From: an uncultured Rikenellaceae bacterium | GTDB taxonomy: Bacteria; Bacteroidota; Bacteroidia; Bacteroidales; VadinHA17 | Direction of reading: 5' to 3' | Assembly (NCBI GenBank): GCA_964446825.1 | Contig: CAYUQR010000006.1 | Location: forward strand, 18,964 to 82,963 | DNA: 64,000 nt | Part shown: positions 29,683-38,500 of the stretch, one piece after another | Position numbering within the stretch: position 1 is the stretch's first letter | How the letters are laid out: every line of letters starts with the position of its first letter | Notes under the pieces: generated by a model | Told to the model about the DNA's origin: nothing | Databases searched by the model: none | What the model saw: the letters and a program-made list of their open reading frames with translations, nothing else | Made by a program: the position numbers and the translations under genes

Positions 29683-29759
29683 AGAAAGAAAGGGTGAGGG
29701 GGAGAAATGGAGAGGGGGAGAAAGAGAGAAAGGGAGAAAAGGAGAATATGGGATGACCT
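29680..29759 (+). repeat. C-free polypurine tract built from 8-nt GAnnnGGA units
   Basis: 29688-29751 reads gaaagggt gaggggga gaaatgga gaggggga gaaagaga gaaaggga gaaaagga gaatatgg in one register. There is no C between 29681 and 29756. Confidence 0.6.
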
Positions 29760-29770
29760 TCCGTTAGGAT

Positions 29771-29800
29771 CCCCTCCCGGGAGGGGTTAGGGGTGGGTTT
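29771..29800 (+). other. GC hairpin (perfect 16-nt palindrome) followed by a G-run
   Basis: CCCCTCCCGGGAGGGG at 29771-29786, then TTAGGGGTGGGTTT. It sits between the large permease gene and the TolC-like gene. Confidence 0.5.
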
Positions 29801-29879
29801 AAACCTGGAGAAAGAGTGGAAGCCCTCGAAAAAGAACAAACGAATTTAGAATTAAGAATGAACATATAAGAATAACAGA

Positions 29880-31367
29880 ATGAAAATAAGAACAAATAAG
29901 AAAATCAGGACCAGCCTTTTGATACTGATATTGTTGCTCACCAATATGCTCTCTTCCAGTGCCCAGACAGGACTTACACTCGAACAGGCATTAAGTATTG
30001 CAGAGACTAATAGTCCTACGATTAAAAAAACCCGTCTGAATCTGATCAGGAGCCAGGAAAATCTGAATGCCCAGAATGCTGCACTAAAATCGAACTTCTC
30101 GCTCACTGTTAACCCTATAGGTTACAACCAGAGCAGAAATTTTAACGACCTTATTTCAAAATGGAACACAACAACAACCACAACCAGTTATGGAGTATTC
30201 ACTGTTTCCCAGCCAATTGTCCTGACTGATGCCAGAATTTCGCTGACGAACAGTTTTGGATATACTGATTCATACAGCGAATATGCGAACATCACTACAA
30301 AAGGATTCAGCAATAATCTTACGCTATCGATTGATCAGCCGCTTTTTACTTATAACAGGACAAAACTGCAGCTCAAAGAGCTTCAACTGGCACTTGAGAA
30401 TGCCCAGCTTAATTATGCAATTCAGCTCCTCTCATTGGAGAATAATGTGACCCAGGCATTTTACGCAGTTTATCAGGCCCAGCAGAGCCTTGATATTGCT
30501 GACCAGGCTTACCAGAACATGCAAAAAAGCTATGAGATCTCCAAAAATAAAGTTAATGCCGGCATTTCAGCACAGTCAGAAATTTTCCAGGCTGAAGTGA
30601 ACCTTGCTACAACAAGGTCTGATTATGAAAACAAGCAGGTTGCCTTTGAAAATGCAAAGGATAACTTTAAAATACTTGTGGGGATGGATCTTTATGATGA
30701 TATTATTGTCATACCAAACATTGCTGTCGATACCGTAAAGGTAGATATAGCATTTGCCATTGATCAGGGACTCGCAAACAGGATGGAATTAAGGCAAAGT
30801 CAGATATCAATTGAAACATCGGAATTTGATCTTATTCAGACCAAGGCACTTAATGAATTCAAGGGTGATCTGGGACTTTCAATCGGACTTTCCGGAGATA
30901 ATCCCAAATTAGGAAATATCTATGCAAAACCAACTGATAACCAGAATGTTGCCTTGTCACTGACTATTCCATTATGGGACTGGGGTGAACGAAAATCAAG
31001 GATAAAGGCAAGCGAGGCAACTATTGAATCAAATAAAATTGACTTCACTTCCGAACAGAATAATATTATTTTAAACATCCGACAGACTTACAGGAATCTT
31101 AATAACCTGAAAAATCAGATAGAGATAGCAGAACAATCAGTTAAAAATGCTCAGCTGACATACGATTTGAATCTAGAAAAATATAAAAACGGAGACCTCA
31201 CCGGGATGGATCTGAATATATATCAGAACCAGCTTTCTGAAAACAAGCTCAATTACACAAATTCATTAATCTCCTATAAGCTAGAACTTCTTAATCTTAA
31301 AATACAGACTCTTTACGATTTTGAAAAGAAACAACCTGTTATTCCGGTAAAGACATTAAAACAGTAA
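29880..31367 (+). CDS. TolC-family outer membrane efflux protein
   Basis: Signal peptide, then LTLEQALSIAETNSPTIKK and two repeated helical/beta halves typical of OMF proteins. Confidence 0.85.
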   Translation: MKIRTNKKIRTSLLILILLLTNMLSSSAQTGLTLEQALSIAETNSPTIKKTRLNLIRSQENLNAQNAALKSNFSLTVNPIGYNQSRNFNDLISKWNTTTTTTSYGVFTVSQPIVLTDARISLTNSFGYTDSYSEYANITTKGFSNNLTLSIDQPLFTYNRTKLQLKELQLALENAQLNYAIQLLSLENNVTQAFYAVYQAQQSLDIADQAYQNMQKSYEISKNKVNAGISAQSEIFQAEVNLATTRSDYENKQVAFENAKDNFKILVGMDLYDDIIVIPNIAVDTVKVDIAFAIDQGLANRMELRQSQISIETSEFDLIQTKALNEFKGDLGLSIGLSGDNPKLGNIYAKPTDNQNVALSLTIPLWDWGERKSRIKASEATIESNKIDFTSEQNNIILNIRQTYRNLNNLKNQIEIAEQSVKNAQLTYDLNLEKYKNGDLTGMDLNIYQNQLSENKLNYTNSLISYKLELLNLKIQTLYDFEKKQPVIPVKTLKQ

Positions 31368-31377
31368 AATAAGTACC

Positions 31378-32430
31378 ATGAAAAAAAATATATTTGTTTT
31401 TCTTGCCATCGTTTTTGCTGCTGTAAGTTGCAAAAACGATACTCAGAGTCTCAGCGCCGATGTTGAAATCCCTGTTTCTGTACAGGACGTCACGCTGAAG
31501 TCTATTGAAGAATTTGTTAATACGTCAGGAACTGTTTATCCTAAAGGCGATATTGAACTAAAATCTGAGATCACTGCCAATTATTTCCTTGAAAAGAATC
31601 CGAGAACCGGTAAATCCTGGCAATTAAATGATAAAGTTATTGCGGGTGATCTTATAGCCAGATTAGAGGACAGGGAATATATTAATTCCATTAAAATGGA
31701 GACAACCCGGCTTAATCTTGATCTTACAGAGAGTGAACTAAAAAAACAGGAATCACTATATGAAAAAGGAGGAGTTACTCTCAATGACCTGAAAACAGCG
31801 GAAATAAATAATGCGAATGCCAAAACCAACCTGGAAACAGCTAATCTGCAGATGGCAAAAACAAGAATTGTTGCGCCAATAGACGGAGTAATAGTTGACC
31901 TGCCGTATTATACCCAGGGTACCCAGGTGCAAACAGGATCATCTATAGTGAAGATTATGGATTACAAAACAATGTATATGGATGTTCAGTTGCCTGAAAA
32001 ATATATTTCAGTAATTAAGCCCGGGCAAAAGGTTAAACTTACAAATTATACGATTCCAGAAGATACAATAATGGGTAATGTAACTCAGCTGTCTCCTGCA
32101 ATTAATCCTGACACAAGAACCTTTAAAGGCTATATTTCAGTTAGCAATACCAATTTTCTGCTTCGTCCCGGGATGTTTGTAAAAGCTGATATTGTTACCA
32201 ACCATAAAGATTCTGTTATAGTTATTCCAAAGAGTATTATTCTCTCCCGCCAGAGAGGGAAAACAGTATTTATCGTTGATCGTGGTGTTGCCGCTGAAAG
32301 AATTATTGAGACCGGTCTTGAAAATCTGACTGAAGTTGAAGTTACAAAAGGACTGATGAAAAACGAACGCCTGGTGACAAGTGGCTTTGAAACTCTCAGT
32401 AACAGGTCAAAGGTAAAAATCATTAAATAA
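31378..32430 (+). CDS. efflux transporter periplasmic adaptor (membrane fusion protein), lipoprotein
   Basis: Lipoprotein signal (LAIVFAAVSC), a coiled-coil hairpin, and lipoyl/beta-barrel motifs (IVAPIDGVIVDL, PGMFVKADI). Confidence 0.85.
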   Translation: MKKNIFVFLAIVFAAVSCKNDTQSLSADVEIPVSVQDVTLKSIEEFVNTSGTVYPKGDIELKSEITANYFLEKNPRTGKSWQLNDKVIAGDLIARLEDREYINSIKMETTRLNLDLTESELKKQESLYEKGGVTLNDLKTAEINNANAKTNLETANLQMAKTRIVAPIDGVIVDLPYYTQGTQVQTGSSIVKIMDYKTMYMDVQLPEKYISVIKPGQKVKLTNYTIPEDTIMGNVTQLSPAINPDTRTFKGYISVSNTNFLLRPGMFVKADIVTNHKDSVIVIPKSIILSRQRGKTVFIVDRGVAAERIIETGLENLTEVEVTKGLMKNERLVTSGFETLSNRSKVKIIK

Positions 32431-32435
32431 GCGAC

Positions 32436-35400
32436 ATGAACAGGATTGCCCAATTTGCTGTAAAATATCCCGTTACTGTTTTAATGCTGGTTCTTGGGAT
32501 AGTTCTCCTGGGATTTATATCTTTTGGTAAACTTGGAACAGATCTCTTTCCCGATCTTAACAACCCAAAGATCTTTATTGAGCTTAAAGCGGGCGAGAAA
32601 CCACCTGAAGAGATCGAAAAAAATTATGTTGACCAGATTGAATCTCTTTCGTTGCGCCAGAGTGGCGTAGTGGAGGTATCATCAGTTTCTCAGGTTGGAA
32701 CTGCCACGATAACAGTTGAATATGACTGGAACAAGGATATGGATGAAGCCTTTCTTGATCTTCAGAAAGAGCTCAATTCTTTCCGTCAGAATTCCGACCT
32801 TGAAGACCTTACAATATCGCAATACGATCCGAATGCATCACCTGTAATGATATTAGGCCTCAGAAACAAGAGCATTACTAATCTCGATGATATAAGGAAA
32901 GTGGCCGAAAACTATATCAGGAATGAGTTGGTAAGAATCGAAGGCATTGCTGATGTGAAACTTACAGGAGTTGAGGAGAGCGAAGTTGTTATTGAAACAA
33001 ATAAATATGTTCTTGATTCGTACGGTCTCACCTCTGACGCTATTGCAGCACAGATCAGCAATTACAACAGGAATGTTTCCGGCGGGTCGATTGTGGATAT
33101 GGGCCTTAAATATGTTGTTAAAGGAGTAAGTGTGCTTAAAGATATAAATGACCTGCAGAATATTGTTGTCGGGTTTAAACAGCCGGCATCTTCTGCATCG
33201 GTTTCAGGACAGACAGCCGCTGCCTCATCTGTCTCCGACAGGGTGCCTGTCTATCTCAAAGATGTTGCAACTATAAAATATGAGAATAAGGATCCCCGGA
33301 ACATTGTTACAATTAATGGGGAACGCTGCATCGGCTTATCCATATACAAAGAACCGAAATTCAATACCGTAGATGCAGTAAAGAGTCTGCAGGCTGCAAT
33401 CAAGGATCTTGAAAAAGCCTTGCCCGGATATGAATTTATAAAGGTTTCGGACCAGGGAAGTTATATCCATAATGCAATTGGGGAAGTTAAAAACACTTTA
33501 CTTATCGGAATATTCCTGGCAATATTTGTAATTTATATTTTCCTCAGAAGGATAGGTACTACCCTGGTCATAAGTGTTGCGATTCCGGTTTCGATAATTG
33601 CCACCTTCAACCTGATGTATTTTGATCATCTCACCCTTAATATCATGACTCTTGGAGGGCTGGCGCTGGGTGCCGGAATGCTGGTCGATAATGCTATAGT
33701 GGTACTTGAAAATATTACCAGAAACCGTGAAGAAGGCATGCCTTTAAAGGAAGCGGTTATAAAAGGAACAGGAGAAGTGGGAGGAGCTATTACAGCCTCA
33801 ACCGTAACCACTATTGTTGTTTTTCTTCCGATTGTCTACCTCCATGGTGCTTCAGGTGAAATGTTCAAGGATCAGGCATGGACAGTAGCTTTTGCGCTTC
33901 TTTCTTCCCTTGTGGTGGCTATGCTTGTTATTCCCATGCTTGTTTCAACATTATTCTCCGAAAAAAATGGAAAGGCCGATACAAGCAAGTCAATCCATTT
34001 TAAATGGTATAAAAGCTCTCTTGAGAAAATTGTTGAAAAAAGGAATCTGGTAATTTTACTGGCTTTGGTTTTAATGGGAGCGACTGCATTACTTATACCA
34101 AAACTTGGAAGTGAGTTCATGCCAAAATCCGAATCAGCTGAATTCACCATTGATATTAAACTGCCGGAAGGAACCAGTCTTGCCCGAACCGAAAGTACAT
34201 CCATTGAAGCGGAAAACGTTATCAGGGAACTGTTAGACAATAAAATTAAAATGATATATTGCCAGGCAGGGACAGATAACACAACGACTACAGAGCAGTC
34301 TGCTGAAACTACCGGGGAAAATACTGCTTCCCTGAAAGTGATCCTTGCTGACAACTTTGCCTCCAAAACGGAAGAAGCCATCGCTATTGTCGGGAATTAT
34401 CTTAAAACAGTTCCGGATATGGAAGTAACATTCAAGAGAGAAGAAACTGCTCTGCAGTCATCTCTTGGAACAGATGAAGCTCCTTTTACACTTGAAATAT
34501 CCGGAAAAGATTACGCCGAACTCGAAAGAATAGTTAATGAATCCAAAGCTATTCTGATGAACAATTCCGGTCTTTACAACCTTACAACATCCCTGGATGA
34601 GGGCACACCTGAGGTGGATGTGGCAATTGACAGATTTAAAACAAGTTACTACAATGTAACAGTTGAAAGCATTATCAACCAGTTAAAAAGTTACCTGGCC
34701 GGAGCTTCCGCGGGGAGTTTTGAGAAAGATGGCGAGATGAAAGATATCACCATCAAGCTTGGAGATATATCACTTCAACAATTGCACGATCTTATGATAA
34801 CTGCAGGTACAGTAAAAGTGCCCCTGAGCGAACTGGCCTCCATCCGGACAGTTCTCACCCCCAGGGAGATCACAAGAAGGAATCAGGCCAGAACATGCTA
34901 TGTCTATGCTATGGTAAACAGCAAGATACCATTTGACAAAGTAATAAGGCAAGCCCGGGAATCTCTCAAATCCATTATAATGCCTGTTGATTATAAGATG
35001 GAATTTACGGGAGAAGAACTTAAAAGAAAAGAATCGATGTCTAATCTCACTTTTGCTCTTACCCTGTCGCTGATTCTTGTTTTTATGGTTCTGGCAGCAC
35101 AGTTTGAATCGTTGATACAACCATTCATAATAATGCTGACTATTCCATTAGCGGGTGTAGGTACGGTTCTTACCTTCTTTCTTTTAGACAAGTCGTTGAA
35201 TATGATGGCCTATATAGGGATTATTATGCTTGGCGGGATTGCCGTAAACAATGCGATAATTCTTATCGACCGGATCAACCAGCTAAGGGAAGCAGGAATG
35301 CAAAAGAAGGAAGCGATAGTCCTTGCCGGTACACAGAGGATAAGGCCTATCCTTATGACCAGTCTCACGACTATCCTGGCCCTTCTTCCCCTTACCATAG

Positions 35401-35561
35401 GAATAGGAGAAAGTGCGTCACTGAGATCTCCTATGGCGCTTGCTGTAATTGGAGGCATGATTTCATCCACTCTTCTCACGCTTGCGGTGATCCCATGTGT
35501 ATACTGGGTTTTTGACAGCTTCAGCAAGTGGTTAACAGGTGCAAATAAACAGATTCTATAG
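32436..35561 (+). CDS. RND efflux permease, paralog 1
   Basis: 12-TM AcrB-like pattern: TM4 GAGMLVDNAIVVLENI, TM10 GGIAVNNAIILIDRI, TM11 RIRPILMTSLTT. Confidence 0.9.
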   Translation: MNRIAQFAVKYPVTVLMLVLGIVLLGFISFGKLGTDLFPDLNNPKIFIELKAGEKPPEEIEKNYVDQIESLSLRQSGVVEVSSVSQVGTATITVEYDWNKDMDEAFLDLQKELNSFRQNSDLEDLTISQYDPNASPVMILGLRNKSITNLDDIRKVAENYIRNELVRIEGIADVKLTGVEESEVVIETNKYVLDSYGLTSDAIAAQISNYNRNVSGGSIVDMGLKYVVKGVSVLKDINDLQNIVVGFKQPASSASVSGQTAAASSVSDRVPVYLKDVATIKYENKDPRNIVTINGERCIGLSIYKEPKFNTVDAVKSLQAAIKDLEKALPGYEFIKVSDQGSYIHNAIGEVKNTLLIGIFLAIFVIYIFLRRIGTTLVISVAIPVSIIATFNLMYFDHLTLNIMTLGGLALGAGMLVDNAIVVLENITRNREEGMPLKEAVIKGTGEVGGAITASTVTTIVVFLPIVYLHGASGEMFKDQAWTVAFALLSSLVVAMLVIPMLVSTLFSEKNGKADTSKSIHFKWYKSSLEKIVEKRNLVILLALVLMGATALLIPKLGSEFMPKSESAEFTIDIKLPEGTSLARTESTSIEAENVIRELLDNKIKMIYCQAGTDNTTTTEQSAETTGENTASLKVILADNFASKTEEAIAIVGNYLKTVPDMEVTFKREETALQSSLGTDEAPFTLEISGKDYAELERIVNESKAILMNNSGLYNLTTSLDEGTPEVDVAIDRFKTSYYNVTVESIINQLKSYLAGASAGSFEKDGEMKDITIKLGDISLQQLHDLMITAGTVKVPLSELASIRTVLTPREITRRNQARTCYVYAMVNSKIPFDKVIRQARESLKSIIMPVDYKMEFTGEELKRKESMSNLTFALTLSLILVFMVLAAQFESLIQPFIIMLTIPLAGVGTVLTFFLLDKSLNMMAYIGIIMLGGIAVNNAIILIDRINQLREAGMQKKEAIVLAGTQRIRPILMTSLTTILALLPLTIGIGESASLRSPMALAVIGGMISSTLLTLAVIPCVYWVFDSFSKWLTGANKQIL

Positions 35562-35589
35562 CTCCGATAATCTTCTTACAAAAAAGAAA

Positions 35590-38500
35590 ATGAATTTTAT
35601 TTTAAAAAGAAGAATCCTTATAAGCATGCTCTTTCTGGGGCTTACTATGCTTGGTTACGTGTCTTATAAGAAATTATCAGTAGAGCTTTTCCCTAATGCA
35701 CAGCTTCCGGCTCTTATTGTCCAGGTGGTCACACCTCTCGAAGTGGACCCTTCCTATATTGAAAATCAAGCTATTATTCCTATTGAAGGTGCTGTTGGAA
35801 CTCTTGAAGGCATTGAAAAGATCGAATCAAATATTACCTCCCGTTCCGGTATAATAATGATCTATTACAACCAGAATGCAAACCTGAAGTATGCTAATCT
35901 TAAACTGCAGGAAAAAATTGATGTAGTAAAAAGTTCAATCCCTTCGGAATTTGTAATAAATGTTATTAAGATTGACCTGGAACAGCTTACCAATCAGTTC
36001 ATGGAACTGCAGGTAAGAGGCGAGGGAGGGATTGACAGGATAAGAAATTTTGCCGACAGGGAAATAAAACCGGCATTTGAAAATATCGATGGTATAGCCG
36101 GGGTCCAGGTCTATGGCGGACAGGAGAACTCTATTGAGATCAGGCTTAATGAAAAAGCCTGCAAGGCTAATGGCATATCGATAGGTCAGATAAGGACCCT
36201 GCTGAATAACAACGGGACCAGCAAAACATTTGTCGGGAAAGTTGTTGATGGAAGCAATAAATTCTTTGTGAACGTAACCTCAGATTATACTGATGTAAAA
36301 GAAATCGGAAACATTATTGTAAAGCCTTCCGGACCGATACTCTTAAGGGACATAGCCGATATCTTTTTCGGGGTAAAGGAACAAACATCCTATAGCAGGG
36401 TGAACGGACTTGATGCCGTAACCGTAAGCCTTGTAAACGACAACCAGGCAAACCTGATAGATCTATCACATAAAGCCATTAAAGAGGTCAACGATCTGAA
36501 TAAAACCCTTGCCTCGTCAGGTGTTGAGATTGTTGTTCAGAACAACAATGCGGAAATAATGGAAAGAAATATAAATCAGATCATACACCTTGCAATTACA
36601 GGAGGATTGCTGGCTGTTTTAATCCTCTGGTTCTTCCTAAGGAATATCCGTCTTGTAACAATAATTGCTGTTTCAATACCTGTTTCGGTGTATGCTGCAT
36701 TTAACTTTTTCTATGCTTTCGACGTATCAATTAACAGTCTTACTCTTGTGGGGATGGCTCTGGCCATAGGTATGCTCGTGGATAATTCTGTGGTGGTTCT
36801 TGAGAATATATACCGGCTTGCGGGCCAGGGAAAGAACCCCGACATAGCTGTCAAACAAGGGACCAGCGAAGTATGGAGATCAATATTTGCCGCAACATTA
36901 ACAACAATTATCGTATTTCTTCCTTTTATCTTCTCAGCCAATTTTATGGTGAGAATGATAGGTAAAAATATTGGAGTTTCCATCATTTCCACACTGGTCA
37001 TTTCTCTCTCGGTTGCCTTGCTTCTTATACCCATGGCAACATACTTTCTGCTCACCCGGTCAGCATACAGCAATTCTGAAATATTTAAAAAACTATCCAT
37101 CCACGACAAGCTCATTCAAGCTTATCATCTCGTTCTTAAAGCAAGCATGAGAAATCCGGCGGGGACTATCATCGGAACCCTTGTCGTCTTTTTTGCTGCA
37201 CTTCTTATAAGCCTCACATTAAGCATTAACACAACACAGGAGGTAGAGACGCCTAATTTCAGACTTACTGTTACCATGCCTGGAGGATCAACGCTAGAAA
37301 AAACCGATGCGGTTGTTGCAGAAATAGAATCGAGGCTGGCATCGCTGCCTGAAAAAGAAGACATCATCAGCAAAATTGAAGAAGATAAAGCCACGGTAAC
37401 AATTAACCTTTCAAAAGACTGGGATAAAAAAAGCAAAAGGACCCTGCCTGAAATCAAAAATGACATCTCTGAAAAGACAAAGAATATATCAACTGCGGAA
37501 GTCAACATGGATGAATTGTCGACAAGTGGCGGATTCTCAGGCGGTGGAGGTAGTGATGAAACTTATAACCCGGGTTCTGACTTTATGAACCTTCTGGGTA
37601 TCGGTTCCACAAAAGAGAGTATAATAATAAAAGGCCAGAACTTTGAACAAATGAAGAACCTGGCAGATGACATTAAATCATATCTCGACAATCTTTCAAC
37701 CATCAACAGCTCAAGTGTAAATGTTCAGGATAATAAACCTGAGGTCCATCTGAACTTTGACATGGATTACATAGGAAGAAATAATTTCACGCTCAACAAT
37801 TTATCATCTGCCCTTGCAACATTTGGACAGGAATACTCATCAGGAGCTACTTTCAAGCAGGGAACGGAAAATTATGATATTATGATAAAATATGCTGATG
37901 AGTCGGGAGCTCTAAAAGAAAACAAGGATAAAACGATAGATGATCTCAAGCACCTCGAAGTAAGCAGCAGCAGCGGGACACTTATGGAGATGCAGGAGCT
38001 TTCCAATATTGTATTCTCCACAGGTATGGGTAATATTCACAGGGAAAACCAGGAGAAAAGAGTAACTGTAACTTATAGCTTCAACGATGAAATAAAAAAC
38101 TCCAAAGATCTGCTGGAAGGAGCAAGACTGGGAATTGAATCAATTGTTGCAGGACTGAATATTCCTTCAGGGATTGCTGTAGAGGTAGTCCATGAGGAAG
38201 ATCAGCTTAAAGACTTCTATTACCTGATAGGAGTAGCTTTTCTTCTGATTTATATGATTCTTGCCGCTGTTTTTGAGTCACTCGCTACTCCTGTAGTATT
38301 AATGTTCAGCATCCCTCTGGCTGCACTCGGATCGCTTATAGCACTTATATTAACAGGCAATACCCTGTTAAGCGCCAACACCCTGACCGGTTTTCTGATC
38401 CTGCTGGGAGTAGTTGTAAATAACGGGATAATCCTGATCGATTATACAAATATTTTACGGAAACGTGGAAACCGTATGCACCGGGCTCTTATGACTGCAG

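Noticed and set aside
33872-34381. 169-aa minus-strand ORF inside RND permease 1. The same applies to many other ORFs of 60-160 aa antisense to or out of frame with called genes, for example 3031-3423, 4817-5239, 10843-11310, 17644-18021, 36711-37115, 46055-46453 and 61784-62272.
   Set aside because: All are embedded in longer ORFs with clear family motifs on the other strand or frame, and none shows recognisable motifs of its own.
35539-35589. GTG start at 35539 for the fusion ORF, overlapping the upstream RND gene by 23 nt
   Set aside because: The first 17 residues (MQINRFYSSDNLLTKKK) are not RND-like. Met18 (MNFILKRRIL..) matches the usual RND N-terminus and lies 28 nt after the upstream stop. 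My own hand-reading of the nucleotides around 35580-35640 did not reproduce the track frame exactly. I therefore relied on the supplied translation for coordinates.
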